Positions 9,307 through 18,719 of a DNA stretch of 62,196 bases are shown here, one piece after another. The first letter of the stretch is position 1. Each line of letters starts with the position of its first letter. The position numbers and the translations under genes are program-made. Origin of the DNA: an uncultured Planctomycetia bacterium (GTDB taxonomy: Bacteria; Omnitrophota; Gorgyraeia; Tantalellales; Tantalellaceae); NCBI GenBank assembly GCA_964527765.1, contig CAZGQR010000007.1, positions 38,100 to 100,295 on the forward strand, given 5' to 3'. The notes beneath the pieces are model-generated. The model saw only the letters and a list, made by a program, of their open reading frames with translations. It searched no databases and was not told the DNA's origin.

Positions 9307-9422
9307 AATTCGCTCCGCCCGCAAAATCACACCAAAATATTTGGAAAAGTGCCTCACCTTGCGTATAATAGGTAAAGAACCGTGCTTTATCTAAAAAATG
9401 CTTTGCCAGAAAGGCACCCGCG

Positions 9423-10172
9423 ATGAAAATACTCGCCATAATGGGCAGTCCCCGCAAGAAAGACAGTTACGGCATCTGCGAACTCTTCAGGGAAAATTTA
9501 AACGCCATAGAGCCTGTTGAATTTGAATACATGTTCCTCAGGGACCTGGGGCTGGAATTTTGCAGGGGGTGTTGCCTTTGCGCGGATAAAAGCGAGGGTC
9601 TCTGCCCCGCAAGGGATGTCACGCTTAAGATAGAACAGGCGTTGAACGGCGCCGACGCGGTCATTTTCGCTTCTCCGGTCTACGCGCACCAGGTCACGGC
9701 ACTGATGAAAAATTTTATAGACCACTCGTGCTATTTTTTCCACCGGCCGCGTTTTTTCGACAAAGCAGCGATAGTGCTGTCCACAACTGCGGGCACCGGG
9801 CTCAGTGACGTTTTGAGCTATCTTCAGCTGGTCGCCGTCGGCTATGGTTTTAATCTGGTGGGCAGGCTCGGGGTCAAGGCCCCGCTTTTTTACGCCGGCG
9901 GTGATTACAAAGATAAGACAATAAAACAGATACGGGAGCTTTCAGGAAAGCTCGCAGGCGCCGTTAAAACAAAAAAACGTCCTTCACCCGGCCTTTTTGA
10001 ACTCGTCATGTTCAGGGCCATAAGAAAGAAAGTGAAAGAAGAGGGGAATACCGAAAGCGTCAATTATAGATACTGGCAGGAGAGGGGCTGGTTCGACAGC
10101 AACTATTACCTGAAGGGCCCCGTAAGCCCGGTAAAAAACTTTATAGCGGGCATGATCGTGCGGCTTATATAA
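9423..10172 (+). CDS. flavodoxin-like NAD(P)H-dependent FMN reductase / iron-sulfur flavoprotein family
   Basis: MKILAIMGSPRKKDS..., CRGCCLC cysteine cluster, ADAVIFASPVYAHQVTALMKNFIDH. Confidence 0.7.
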   Translation: MKILAIMGSPRKKDSYGICELFRENLNAIEPVEFEYMFLRDLGLEFCRGCCLCADKSEGLCPARDVTLKIEQALNGADAVIFASPVYAHQVTALMKNFIDHSCYFFHRPRFFDKAAIVLSTTAGTGLSDVLSYLQLVAVGYGFNLVGRLGVKAPLFYAGGDYKDKTIKQIRELSGKLAGAVKTKKRPSPGLFELVMFRAIRKKVKEEGNTESVNYRYWQERGWFDSNYYLKGPVSPVKNFIAGMIVRLI

Positions 10173-10229
10173 AATGCCCGACATGTCCATGTCATGCGAA
10201 ACAGCGGGACAGACAAAAAGGAGGGCTTA

Positions 10230-10586
10230 ATGCTTTCTAAAATACTGGGCGCGATATGGATCCTTTTGGGCGTATTGTGGCTGATCAAACCCGAAAGCCT
10301 GAAAAACCGTCTTAAAAAGAAAATGAACCGCAGGATGAAACGTATCGTATACGGGTTCGTTCTGGTATTCGGGTTTCTCATGATCGGAAGCGTGTTTAAA
10401 ACTCCCGGCATCCTCGCAAAGATCATAGGAATAATCGGGCTGGTCCTTACGATAAAGGCCATTATCCTGATCACATCAAAGGCCTCCGAAAAGCTACTGG
10501 ACTGGTGGGCGGAAAAACCCCTGACCTTTTTCAGGATATGGGCCGCGGTCCTCCTGGCGATCGGCCTGATGCTTATGTTCGTATAA
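10230..10586 (+). CDS. small membrane protein, hypothetical
   Basis: ATG 10230 follows AAAAAGGAGGG. Four hydrophobic segments. Confidence 0.5.
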   Translation: MLSKILGAIWILLGVLWLIKPESLKNRLKKKMNRRMKRIVYGFVLVFGFLMIGSVFKTPGILAKIIGIIGLVLTIKAIILITSKASEKLLDWWAEKPLTFFRIWAAVLLAIGLMLMFV

Positions 10587-10630
10587 TACCCGTAGACAGC
10601 GGATACCTGTAGCCAAAAAGGAGAGCTAAA

Positions 10631-11146
10631 ATGAATTTACCGAGATCCGGGATAAAAATATTTATAATCCTACTTTTGCCGGCATTTTGTCTCGGCTTGT
10701 TTATATCCGCAACTGATGCTTTTCCTCAGACTGAAGCAGAAAAACAAGGTGAGGGAGCTTCTGCCGCAGAGACCGAATGGAGCGAAGATCTCGATAAAAA
10801 GCTCGAAAAGACCATACAGGTCCTCGACGCGGTAAAAAAGGAACTAAAAGATATCGAGAAGAGCGAGATGATCCAGGCAGCTACATCACAGCAGGGCGTA
10901 ACCGCAAAGAAGGAAAAAGACCTGACCCGCACGATCCAGCAGAGAATAAGCCTGATCATCAGATTGTGGGCAAAGGTAAAAAAGATTTTACGGGCGAAGG
11001 TCGGGGAACCGCAGCAAGAACCCGATATGCGGGAAGAATCACAGCTGACGAAGGAACTGAGCGCCCGGCTTGACAAGGCTATCGAAACAATGACAGCAGT
11101 AAAAAAAGAACTGGATAAAATAGAAGACGCGGAGAGACAAAAATAG
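10631..11146 (+). CDS. secreted coiled-coil protein, hypothetical
   Basis: RBS AAAGGAGAG and a signal peptide. Duplicated motif LDKxIxxxxAVKKELxxIE. Confidence 0.55.
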   Translation: MNLPRSGIKIFIILLLPAFCLGLFISATDAFPQTEAEKQGEGASAAETEWSEDLDKKLEKTIQVLDAVKKELKDIEKSEMIQAATSQQGVTAKKEKDLTRTIQQRISLIIRLWAKVKKILRAKVGEPQQEPDMREESQLTKELSARLDKAIETMTAVKKELDKIEDAERQK

Positions 11147-11259
11147 GGAGTTTTGCGGGATCCCCGGCGATATAAGGTATTTTTCGCCTTACCCTTTTCT
11201 TTTGCTAAAAAATCGTGTAAATTATATTCACTATATTTCCTTATTGAAAGGGGGATAAA

Positions 11260-11499
11260 GTGAAAAGGATAGTCATTTTAGTGGTCGTTGTATTTGCGTT
11301 GGGCGCGGTCTTCGCATACGCAGCTAATACCACCCAGGGCGCTTCTCCGAAGAAGAGCGGGTGGCAGGCTGTGTATGACGACATGGCCGACTGGGGCTGG
11401 AAGAAGAGTGACACTTCCGGCAAGACCAAGCCCAAAGAGAAAGCACCCGCTCCGAAGAAAGAAGAGACAAAGAAAAGCACTGGATCATCGGTCAAGTAA
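11260..11499 (+). CDS. small secreted Lys-rich protein
   Basis: GTG start after AAGGGGGATAAA. Signal peptide ...VFAYA. Followed by the terminator at 11533. Confidence 0.5.
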   Translation: MKRIVILVVVVFALGAVFAYAANTTQGASPKKSGWQAVYDDMADWGWKKSDTSGKTKPKEKAPAPKKEETKKSTGSSVK

Positions 11500-11532
11500 T
11501 AAAGAAATTTTCCAGCGCTCGCGAGCGCGAAA

Positions 11533-11575
11533 AAATCCCCCGGCAGGGGATCTTACCTGTCGGGGGATTTTCTTG
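11533..11575 (+). terminator. rho-independent terminator
   Basis: AAATCCCCCG (11533-11541) pairs with CGGGGGATTT (11561-11570), followed by a T-rich tail. Confidence 0.7.
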
Positions 11576-11683
11576 AAAAACGCCCGGGCCCGGCCACAAT
11601 ATTGGCGGAACCAGGCCCGGTGTGATAGAATAAAGACAGGTCAATATCCAGAGTCCGGAGATCGAAAAAAGGAGGGTTCGACA

Positions 11684-12166
11684 ATGAACATATTCGACTA
11701 CGCGATGCAGATGGAAAAGGACGGAGAGGAGCTATACCGTGACCTGGCCCAAAAGTCCGGCGATGAGGGGATCAAGCGCATATTCAACATGCTGGCGGAT
11801 GATGAGGTCAAGCACTACAGGGCCCTCGAAGATATGAAAAAGGAAAAGGAACAGGAGATAACCGATACGACGGTCCTGTCCGACGCAAAAAACATCTTTT
11901 CGCAGCTAAAAGAAGAGGGCAAATTTGAGTATGAACTCCCGCAGCTGGAACTATACAAAAAGGCGCAGGACCTGGAGAAAAAGACCGAGAGCTTCTACCG
12001 CGAGAAAGCCGAAGAGGCAGGGAAGGAATACCAGAAAGAGATGCTCCTGAAGATCGCCGAAGAAGAGAAAAAGCATTATTTTCTGCTCGATAACATGATA
12101 GAATTCGTGTCCAGGCCCCAGACCTGGCTCGAAAATGCCGAGTTTTACCACCTTGAGGACTATTGA
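11684..12166 (+). CDS. ferritin-like / rubrerythrin-family four-helix-bundle protein
   Basis: ATG 11684 after AAAAAAGGAGGG. Two E..H-type helices (DDEVKHYRALEDM and EEEKKHYFLLDNM). The upstream part of track ORF 11288..12166 is rejected. Confidence 0.7.
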   Translation: MNIFDYAMQMEKDGEELYRDLAQKSGDEGIKRIFNMLADDEVKHYRALEDMKKEKEQEITDTTVLSDAKNIFSQLKEEGKFEYELPQLELYKKAQDLEKKTESFYREKAEEAGKEYQKEMLLKIAEEEKKHYFLLDNMIEFVSRPQTWLENAEFYHLEDY

Positions 12167-12174
12167 GGATCAGT

Positions 12175-12888
12175 ATGGACGAATTTGAAACCAAAGTCCT
12201 GGAGGTGATCTCCAGGACCGAAAACGTCAAGAGCTTCCTGTTTGACCCGGGGAAAAACGCCGATTTCAAGCCCGGTCAGTTCTTTTTCGTCACGATCAGG
12301 GATAACGGGAAAGAACTCACAAAACATTTTTCATTCTCAAGCTCTCCGACCGAAAAAGACCATATTGAATTCACCAAAAAACTCAGCGAAAGCGATTACT
12401 CAAAGGCCCTGAACAAGCTGAAACCCGGCGATTGGGCAAAGCTGCGTCTCGCTTACGGCGAATTCACCTTCGAAGGAGAATACGAAAAGATCGCCCTTCT
12501 CACGGGCGGCATAGGCATAACCCCCTTTAAAAGCATCTGCAGGTTCGCGACAGACGAGGGTCTCCCGACGGACATCGTCCTGCTCTACGGGAACAACACG
12601 GAAGAAAACATTATTTTCCGGGAAGAATTCGACCGCATGGCGGAACAAAACAAGAACCTGCGCGTGGTCCACACTTTGACCTCGCCGGATATCGACAAAG
12701 CAGTCTGGAAGGGAAGAACGGGCCTCATAGACAGCAAAATGATAAGAGAGGAGATCCCGGACTTCAAAGAAAGGGTATTCTACTGCTGCGGCCCGCCAAA
12801 AATGGTCGAGCAGCTCGAGAGAACACTAAAAACGGAACTTGCCGTCCCGGACGAAAGATTAAAAAAAGAGAACTTCCCGGGATATTGA
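12175..12888 (+). CDS. FNR-like FAD/NAD(P)-binding oxidoreductase
   Basis: Motifs KHFSFSSSP, LLTGGIGITPF and YCCGPPKMV, typical of the ferredoxin-NADP reductase fold. Confidence 0.8.
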   Translation: MDEFETKVLEVISRTENVKSFLFDPGKNADFKPGQFFFVTIRDNGKELTKHFSFSSSPTEKDHIEFTKKLSESDYSKALNKLKPGDWAKLRLAYGEFTFEGEYEKIALLTGGIGITPFKSICRFATDEGLPTDIVLLYGNNTEENIIFREEFDRMAEQNKNLRVVHTLTSPDIDKAVWKGRTGLIDSKMIREEIPDFKERVFYCCGPPKMVEQLERTLKTELAVPDERLKKENFPGY

Positions 12889-12897
12889 TGAACCCCC

Positions 12898-13623
12898 ATG
12901 ACCGCAGAAAAAAAGAATATAACCCCGTCATTCCGTCTGACGGTCGCCGTCGCCGCGGCCCTTCTTCCCCTGATACTTCTGGGCCTCGGCATCTACGGGA
13001 CTTTTACTTTCAGTTTTTCCCTGCCTCTGCTCTGGCAGGTCGGCTTCCTCGGGGAAGGCATAAGCTCCGTGGGGCTCAAAAGAAGATCCCTGTGGCCCTC
13101 CGCAGCCGCAGGCGTCCTGACGGGACTGTTTCTGGCCTTTATCGGTGGTTTTATCCTGAAGATCCTGGGCCTGACGGGCTATCCCATAGACAAAGTGCAC
13201 GAAATAAACAATTTCCTCGGCACTTTCGGATTGAAGGTATCTTTCCGCGGAGAACTGGGATACCGGCTGCTGACAGCGGGGAAGGGGCTAAAAGAACTTC
13301 TCCTGTACCTGGGTTTTTCCGTTTTCCTTATCGGATTGGGCGAAGAAATATTCTGGCGCGGGTTCATCCAGAAAAAGATAATGAACGCCCTTCCGAAGAA
13401 CGCCTCCGTATGGATGGCAGCGGTCCTGTTCGGCCTGATCCACTTCTATGTGCTTCTTTTCATCCCCTTAAAGCAGGGGCTTTTTCTCATGGGCCTCATT
13501 ACGCTGGCCGGGGCGTTCTGGGGATACCTCTATGAATATTTCGGCAACATATGGGCTCCGGCCGTATCCCACGGCGTTGTCGCGTTCATAGTATGGAAAT
13601 ATTTCGTGTTTTCGACAGGTTGA
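12898..13623 (+). CDS. CPBP family intramembrane glutamic endopeptidase (CAAX/Abi)
   Basis: EEIFWRGF and FGLIHF motifs plus a C-terminal SHG motif. Polytopic. Confidence 0.8.
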   Translation: MTAEKKNITPSFRLTVAVAAALLPLILLGLGIYGTFTFSFSLPLLWQVGFLGEGISSVGLKRRSLWPSAAAGVLTGLFLAFIGGFILKILGLTGYPIDKVHEINNFLGTFGLKVSFRGELGYRLLTAGKGLKELLLYLGFSVFLIGLGEEIFWRGFIQKKIMNALPKNASVWMAAVLFGLIHFYVLLFIPLKQGLFLMGLITLAGAFWGYLYEYFGNIWAPAVSHGVVAFIVWKYFVFSTG

Positions 13624-13624
13624 T

Positions 13625-14653
13625 ATGACTTACAGGTTCAAGAAAGTATCGCCGGGGCTTGTTTTTAACGTCCTGATCAACGCGATAAAAAGAAAATTCT
13701 CGGCAAACGCGTTTTTCCGCCCCATACTGCCGAGCCTCTTCATAACTCTTCGCTGTAACCTCAAATGTTCTTACTGCGGCATGATCAAAAAAAGAGTAAA
13801 AGAACTGTCCACAAAAGACACTCTAAGGCTGCTGGAGAAGATCCGGCCGCACAACGCGGCGCTGAGCATAACCGGGGGAGAACCGCTGGTAAGGACGGAT
13901 ATCACGGATATACTTAAAAAAATAAAAGAGCTCAGGTTCGCTCCCGTTTTTTTTAACACGAACGCCTCGCTGCTTCATAAAAAAGAAGATATTCTCAAGT
14001 ATGTGGATTACCTTATTATCAGCCTGGATTCACTGAACGAGAATAAATGGGACAAGATCCTGGGGGTCAGGGGAGCCGCAAGAACGATCATCGGCAATAT
14101 CACGACATACTTAAAGGCGCAGGAAAGATACGGATTCAAGATGATCATCAACCCGGTAATAACGCCTGAAACCATCCCGGACATATACGAAGTATTGGAT
14201 TTTTGCCGGGGACACGATCTGCTCGTAAGCCCCGTGCCTGAAGACCAGTGGACCGCCATCAATACCGGTTTAATAAATAATCCGGAATATTACAGGCTGA
14301 TCGAGAATATAACCGCCATGAAGAAAAAAGGCAGTAAGAACATAATACTTTCCGATATCTTTCTGGATCAGATAATGAAGTTCGAAAGACACAACTGCTT
14401 TCCGACGCTGGTCCCGCGGATCTATCCGGACGGATCCGTTTTTTACCCATGCACGCCGATCGAAAAAATATACGGAAACCTTCTGGATTATCCCGATCTG
14501 AATAAAATGCTGGTAGAGGCATACAGAAAAGAAAAGCTCCCTGAATGTGTCTTTAACACGAAAAAATGCTTTATGTCCTGTTTCATGGAACCCGCAAATA
14601 TGATCGAACACCCCTTTTCCCTGATAAAACAGCAGTTGCGCCATATTAGATAA
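13625..14653 (+). CDS. radical SAM protein with Cys-rich C-terminal (SPASM/twitch-like) region
   Basis: CNLKCSYC cluster, GGEPL motif, and C-terminal cysteines CFPT...YPC...C...CFMSC. Confidence 0.8.
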   Translation: MTYRFKKVSPGLVFNVLINAIKRKFSANAFFRPILPSLFITLRCNLKCSYCGMIKKRVKELSTKDTLRLLEKIRPHNAALSITGGEPLVRTDITDILKKIKELRFAPVFFNTNASLLHKKEDILKYVDYLIISLDSLNENKWDKILGVRGAARTIIGNITTYLKAQERYGFKMIINPVITPETIPDIYEVLDFCRGHDLLVSPVPEDQWTAINTGLINNPEYYRLIENITAMKKKGSKNIILSDIFLDQIMKFERHNCFPTLVPRIYPDGSVFYPCTPIEKIYGNLLDYPDLNKMLVEAYRKEKLPECVFNTKKCFMSCFMEPANMIEHPFSLIKQQLRHIR

Positions 14654-14967
14654 CGAATGACCCGGCCTCGAAAATACGGGCTTTTAAGGGGTGATTTTGC
14701 GAAAACGGGCATATCCGCAGATCCCCGGAAAAAACCTCCGCTAAGGGCGATTTTGGCCGGATTTCGGCCATTTTTGAGCTTGTTTAAGGCCTAAATCATA
14801 GTTATTATAGCTGTAAAATTAATACACCCCGGAACTAAATATTTCGATTTTTAACAAAGAAAATCAATACCGTTTTTAAAATTGAAGCTAAAACCGCGAC
14901 CTGCGTTATTTGCTTGAAGTTTGTTTCATTGAGTTGTAATATGTTTCAGAGAAAAAAGGAGCGGCAC

Positions 14968-16086
14968 ATGAAATATATAGGATCATGTCTGGTAATGCTG
15001 ATGCTGGCGTGCGGGATCTGTTCCGCAGCTATTGTCGAAAAAGAAGTAATAGCGGAAGGCATGGCCGCGGCTAACAATCCTCATGCGCGCGAGGCGGCCG
15101 TGAACCGCGCCCTGCGTAAAGCAGTCGAGCAGGGCGTAGGGGTCATTATCGATTCGGAAACAATAGTGAAAAATTTTCAGCTGCTGGATGACCGGATATA
15201 TTCTTCCGTGAAAGGGTACGTCACGAGTTACGATGTTATCGCCGATAACGGCGGCGAGGGCGGCGTTTATAAGGTAAAGGTAAAAGCTAAAGTCGCCCTG
15301 GGCGCCTTAACGAAAGACGTTAAAGCGCTGGGGCTGGTAAAGAAGAAACTGAATTACCCCAGGGTAATGGTGCTCATTGACGATTATGTTGACGGGTTAA
15401 AACAGCCGCGGCATATCGCCTCGGCGGAAATGGAAAAAATATTTATATCCAACAAAGTGCCCGTTATCAGCAAGGATCAAATGGAACGCGTAAAGGTCAG
15501 GGACGCCACGCTATCTTACGGCGATCCGGAAAAAGCGGCCGCGCTAGGCAGGCGGTACGGCGCCGAGGTCGTGGTCGTCGGACAGGCTGCCGGCGAATTA
15601 ATAGACTCGAGCCGGCCGTACGGCGTGAACGTGTACGCGTACCAGGCGACCGTGGAAACAAAGGCGGTAAAAACGGATACCGCGGAGGTCATGGCAATAG
15701 ATTCCGCAAGCGAGACCGCGCGGGGAAGCGGGCGCATGCCCACGGCGAACAAGGCCTTACTGGCGGCGTCCCAGGCCGCGGCAAGAAGCATGATAAAAAG
15801 GATCGCTGAAGTCTGGCGCGGTGAAGTCTATAATGAGACTGCTATCCAGGTCATCTGCGAGAACGCCGATATGAACAATTTAGCATTGCTTAAGAACGCG
15901 ATCCTGGCAATAGACGGCGTAAAAGAGGTTAACGAGAAATCGCTGGCGAACAATGTCGCGGAACTGTCCGTGCGGTTTTTCGGGCCGCCGGATCAGTTTG
16001 CCGACGGGTTATCAGGAATAAAAGACCCGGTCATCGAGATCGCCGGTAAAACAGCGAACAGGGTGGACATAAGATTCCTAAAATAA
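14968..16086 (+). CDS. lipoprotein with FlgT_N/LPP20-like N-terminal domain
   Basis: ATG 14968 after AAAAAGGAGCGG. Lipobox LMLAC. VIAEGMAAANNPHAREAAVNRALRKAVEQGVG... resembles the FlgT N-domain. Confidence 0.55.
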   Translation: MKYIGSCLVMLMLACGICSAAIVEKEVIAEGMAAANNPHAREAAVNRALRKAVEQGVGVIIDSETIVKNFQLLDDRIYSSVKGYVTSYDVIADNGGEGGVYKVKVKAKVALGALTKDVKALGLVKKKLNYPRVMVLIDDYVDGLKQPRHIASAEMEKIFISNKVPVISKDQMERVKVRDATLSYGDPEKAAALGRRYGAEVVVVGQAAGELIDSSRPYGVNVYAYQATVETKAVKTDTAEVMAIDSASETARGSGRMPTANKALLAASQAAARSMIKRIAEVWRGEVYNETAIQVICENADMNNLALLKNAILAIDGVKEVNEKSLANNVAELSVRFFGPPDQFADGLSGIKDPVIEIAGKTANRVDIRFLK

Positions 16087-16105
16087 AGCAGGAAGGGAGA
16101 AGGTT

Positions 16106-17092
16106 ATGAGAGCAACAAAAACCGGTATCGCATTGATCTGTCTATTAGTCGCGGCATCGTTCATGGTGCCTGCCGATGCACACGCCCGGAAAGAACGGGA
16201 AGACAGAAGAAGCAGGAAGAGCAGCCAAAAATACAACTTAAGCAAACTGCCGCCGTTACAGGGGCCCAGGAAGAATATAGCTGTAATGGATTTTGAAAAT
16301 AAAGCCGGGGTAGGTTCGGAGTGGAATATAGGCAGCGGGATGTCCGAGATGCTAACAACCGCGCTTATAGACAGCGACAGGTTCGTTGTTGTGGAACGCC
16401 AGGCAATATCCGACGTCCTGGCAGAACAGGACTTCGGCGCCAGCGGCAGGACAAGGGAGGCCGGCGCGGCAAAGATAGGCCAGATGCTTAATGCGCAGGT
16501 GCTTGTCAGGGGCGCGGTAACGGAGTTCAGCACAAGAACCTCGGGCGCGGACACCGGTGTTTCCGTCGCGGGTATCGGCCTGGGGCTGTCAAGTTCAAGC
16601 GCGCACGTCGCGGTGAATATGCGGATATATGACGTTACTACCGGTGAGGTTATCGACAGCATCAGATGCGAGGGCAAGGCCACTGCCGGCGGCTTGTCCG
16701 CAAGTTACAGCGGCGCTTTCTCGGTCAACGGCGGCGGGTTCGCCAAAACGCCTTTAGGCAAAGCCACGCAAAAAGTCATCAACGAAGCGGTATACAAGAT
16801 CGCCCTGAGGATGGACAGCGTACCCTGGCAAGGCAAGGTCGTGACCATCAAGGATAATACGGTCTATCTGAACGTCGGCGAAAAATCCAATATCCTGCCC
16901 GGTAACGAGTTCGCGGTGTACAGAAAAGGCCAGGAACTGATCGATCCGGATACCGGTATTTCGCTGGGCAGCGAAGACGAAAAAATAGGGCGCGTGCAGA
17001 TACTTTCCGTTGAAGACAAGTTCTCCAAGGCGCAGATGGTATCGGGAAATATAGGTGCGGTCAAACGCGGTGATATTGTCAGGATGAACTGA
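16106..17092 (+). CDS. CsgG/HfaB-family outer-membrane secretion/assembly component
   Basis: Signal peptide. KNIAVMDFENKAGVGSEWNIGSGMSEMLTTALIDSDRFVVVERQAISDVLAEQDFG is the CsgG signature region. Confidence 0.75.
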   Translation: MRATKTGIALICLLVAASFMVPADAHARKEREDRRSRKSSQKYNLSKLPPLQGPRKNIAVMDFENKAGVGSEWNIGSGMSEMLTTALIDSDRFVVVERQAISDVLAEQDFGASGRTREAGAAKIGQMLNAQVLVRGAVTEFSTRTSGADTGVSVAGIGLGLSSSSAHVAVNMRIYDVTTGEVIDSIRCEGKATAGGLSASYSGAFSVNGGGFAKTPLGKATQKVINEAVYKIALRMDSVPWQGKVVTIKDNTVYLNVGEKSNILPGNEFAVYRKGQELIDPDTGISLGSEDEKIGRVQILSVEDKFSKAQMVSGNIGAVKRGDIVRMN

Positions 17093-17100
17093 TATCCGTT

Positions 17101-18147
17101 CTACAGGAGGGCTTCTTCGAAGTCCGAGAAATCCATCAGTGTCAATTCGTCCGCGCCGGACAGACATACCTTGCCGAATATATTGCCCGTAACGGGTGTT
17201 AAAGATTCTTTAATCTGCATGCCCCGGATCTCCACGGTCACCTGCGCGCTTCCGTCAGCATAATATCTCGTGCCGGTCTCTGTTGCGCCGCGCACTATAC
17301 CGTTGACCTTTACCTTCACGGCAGCATCTTTATCCGCATAATCTCCAAGAACAGTTGCCGAATCGATGACAGTCCCGTAGATCTTTGCGGTAAGATTCCT
17401 GTAAGCGTCCGTCACGGCGGCGCGGCGCGCGTCGATAAGGTCCCGGGGGTCATATGTCCTCAGGTATTCTTCTTCGGTTATCTCCCGCGTGCCTTTCGCG
17501 TTACCCGGCCCCAAAGAAGCGCCGGGCGCCCCCGGCGGAAATCCCGTGCCTGTAGCCCTTAAAACGGTCCTTTCCCACGGGCACAGTTCGCGCATCTGAA
17601 GTTCTTTTACGGACACGAACTTGTCCGGCTCTCTGAGGCTTTGCAATACTACGGAGCTCTCCAGCACGGCAAGGGCGGTTAACGCCTTTTCACTGTCATA
17701 GCTGACCGTGAATTTCGTGCCGCGCGCGCCGCAGACGGCCAGCGGTGTCCGCACCCTGAAAGTAGATCCCTCGGGCAGGTTCCGGAGGGAAGAGAATACG
17801 GCGCCGTCGATAAGTGTCAGTTTATCATCTTCTTTAAGCTGCACCACGACATGTGAATTAGGGCGCACGCTTACAATGTTAGTTTTTTCCGTGTCGAACG
17901 CCAGGTTGACATGCGAGTCGTCGCCGGTCTTGATGCTGCTGCCGGAACCGAGCGCCATGCCTTTTTCAGCTTTCTGCCAGGCCTGCTCGCCGGCCGTCAG
18001 AACATTCACATCACCGGAGGCGCTGTGAACCGTCACAAAAGATGAGGGCTCGGCGCAAGCCTTCCGGCAGACATTTGCCATGCATACAGCCAGCGCCAGG
18101 GCTAAGCCGCCCGCAATTATCTTTTTATTCAGTGTGGATATACACAT
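17101..18147 (-). CDS. FecR-domain plus LPP20-like domain periplasmic protein
   Basis: Signal peptide. N-terminal FecR-like region (GDVNVLTAGEQAWQKAEKGMALGSGSSIKTGDDSHVNLAF). C-terminal ARRAAVTDAYRNLTAKIYG... is LPP20-like. Confidence 0.65.
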   Translation of the reverse strand: MCISTLNKKIIAGGLALALAVCMANVCRKACAEPSSFVTVHSASGDVNVLTAGEQAWQKAEKGMALGSGSSIKTGDDSHVNLAFDTEKTNIVSVRPNSHVVVQLKEDDKLTLIDGAVFSSLRNLPEGSTFRVRTPLAVCGARGTKFTVSYDSEKALTALAVLESSVVLQSLREPDKFVSVKELQMRELCPWERTVLRATGTGFPPGAPGASLGPGNAKGTREITEEEYLRTYDPRDLIDARRAAVTDAYRNLTAKIYGTVIDSATVLGDYADKDAAVKVKVNGIVRGATETGTRYYADGSAQVTVEIRGMQIKESLTPVTGNIFGKVCLSGADELTLMDFSDFEEALL

Positions 18148-18188
18148 CCTGTCTTCTCACCCTGTTATCGGACCTGTAGTCCACGTGT

Positions 18189-18539
18189 TCATGTACGGTA
18201 TCCGGAGTTATCCGCCGCCTCCAGGGGGCGCGCATGAGGATATTCGTCATATTCCCCGTAAAGAACGCTATAATAGATATATCCTTTATTGTCGGTTTTC
18301 CGGACCTGGGCATCCCGTTCATGCCGGATCTGGGCATCCGCGGAGCCGCGCGCCGCTGTTTGCACGGCAGCGCTTGTCTCTTCCGGTCCTGCCACGCTTT
18401 CGCCGGCCGCCTGCCATCCCGGAGGAGGGGCCTGAGCCCTTTTAGTGTCGGCGGCTTCAGCGGAAACCCGCAGAGAGAACAGCAATATCATCACCGGCAA
18501 CATGATGTTCCGTGATACGCGAATAATATCTTTTTTCAT
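18189..18539 (-). CDS. secreted hypothetical protein
   Basis: ATG 18539 preceded by GGAGGA on the minus strand. Signal peptide ...SLRVSAEA. Confidence 0.45.
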   Translation of the reverse strand: MKKDIIRVSRNIMLPVMILLFSLRVSAEAADTKRAQAPPPGWQAAGESVAGPEETSAAVQTAARGSADAQIRHERDAQVRKTDNKGYIYYSVLYGEYDEYPHARPLEAADNSGYRT

Positions 18540-18719
18540 GAGGGTCCTCCGTCCGTAAATCATCGAATACAAACAGTATAGCATTTAGAGATGTTTTTTC
18601 CAACAAGAAGTAGCCGGCTTTTCTGCCGATGGACCCACCTTGAGCCGGTTTCATCCTAAGGATGGAAAAGCGCGGTGAAATGGTGGAATGCGGTTCACTT
18701 TTATAGTAAAATAAGTGCC

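Noticed and set aside
11288-11683. N-terminal 132 codons of track ORF 11288..12166
   Set aside because: The translation is Arg-rich nonsense that overlaps the small secreted gene 11260..11499 and reads through a clear terminator at 11533. The real ferritin-like gene starts at ATG 11684, behind a strong RBS.
12885-13535. 216-aa plus-strand ORF overlapping the CPBP protease gene out of frame
   Set aside because: The translation is Arg/Pro-rich. The alternative frame carries the EExxxR and FxxxH CPBP motifs and transmembrane helices.
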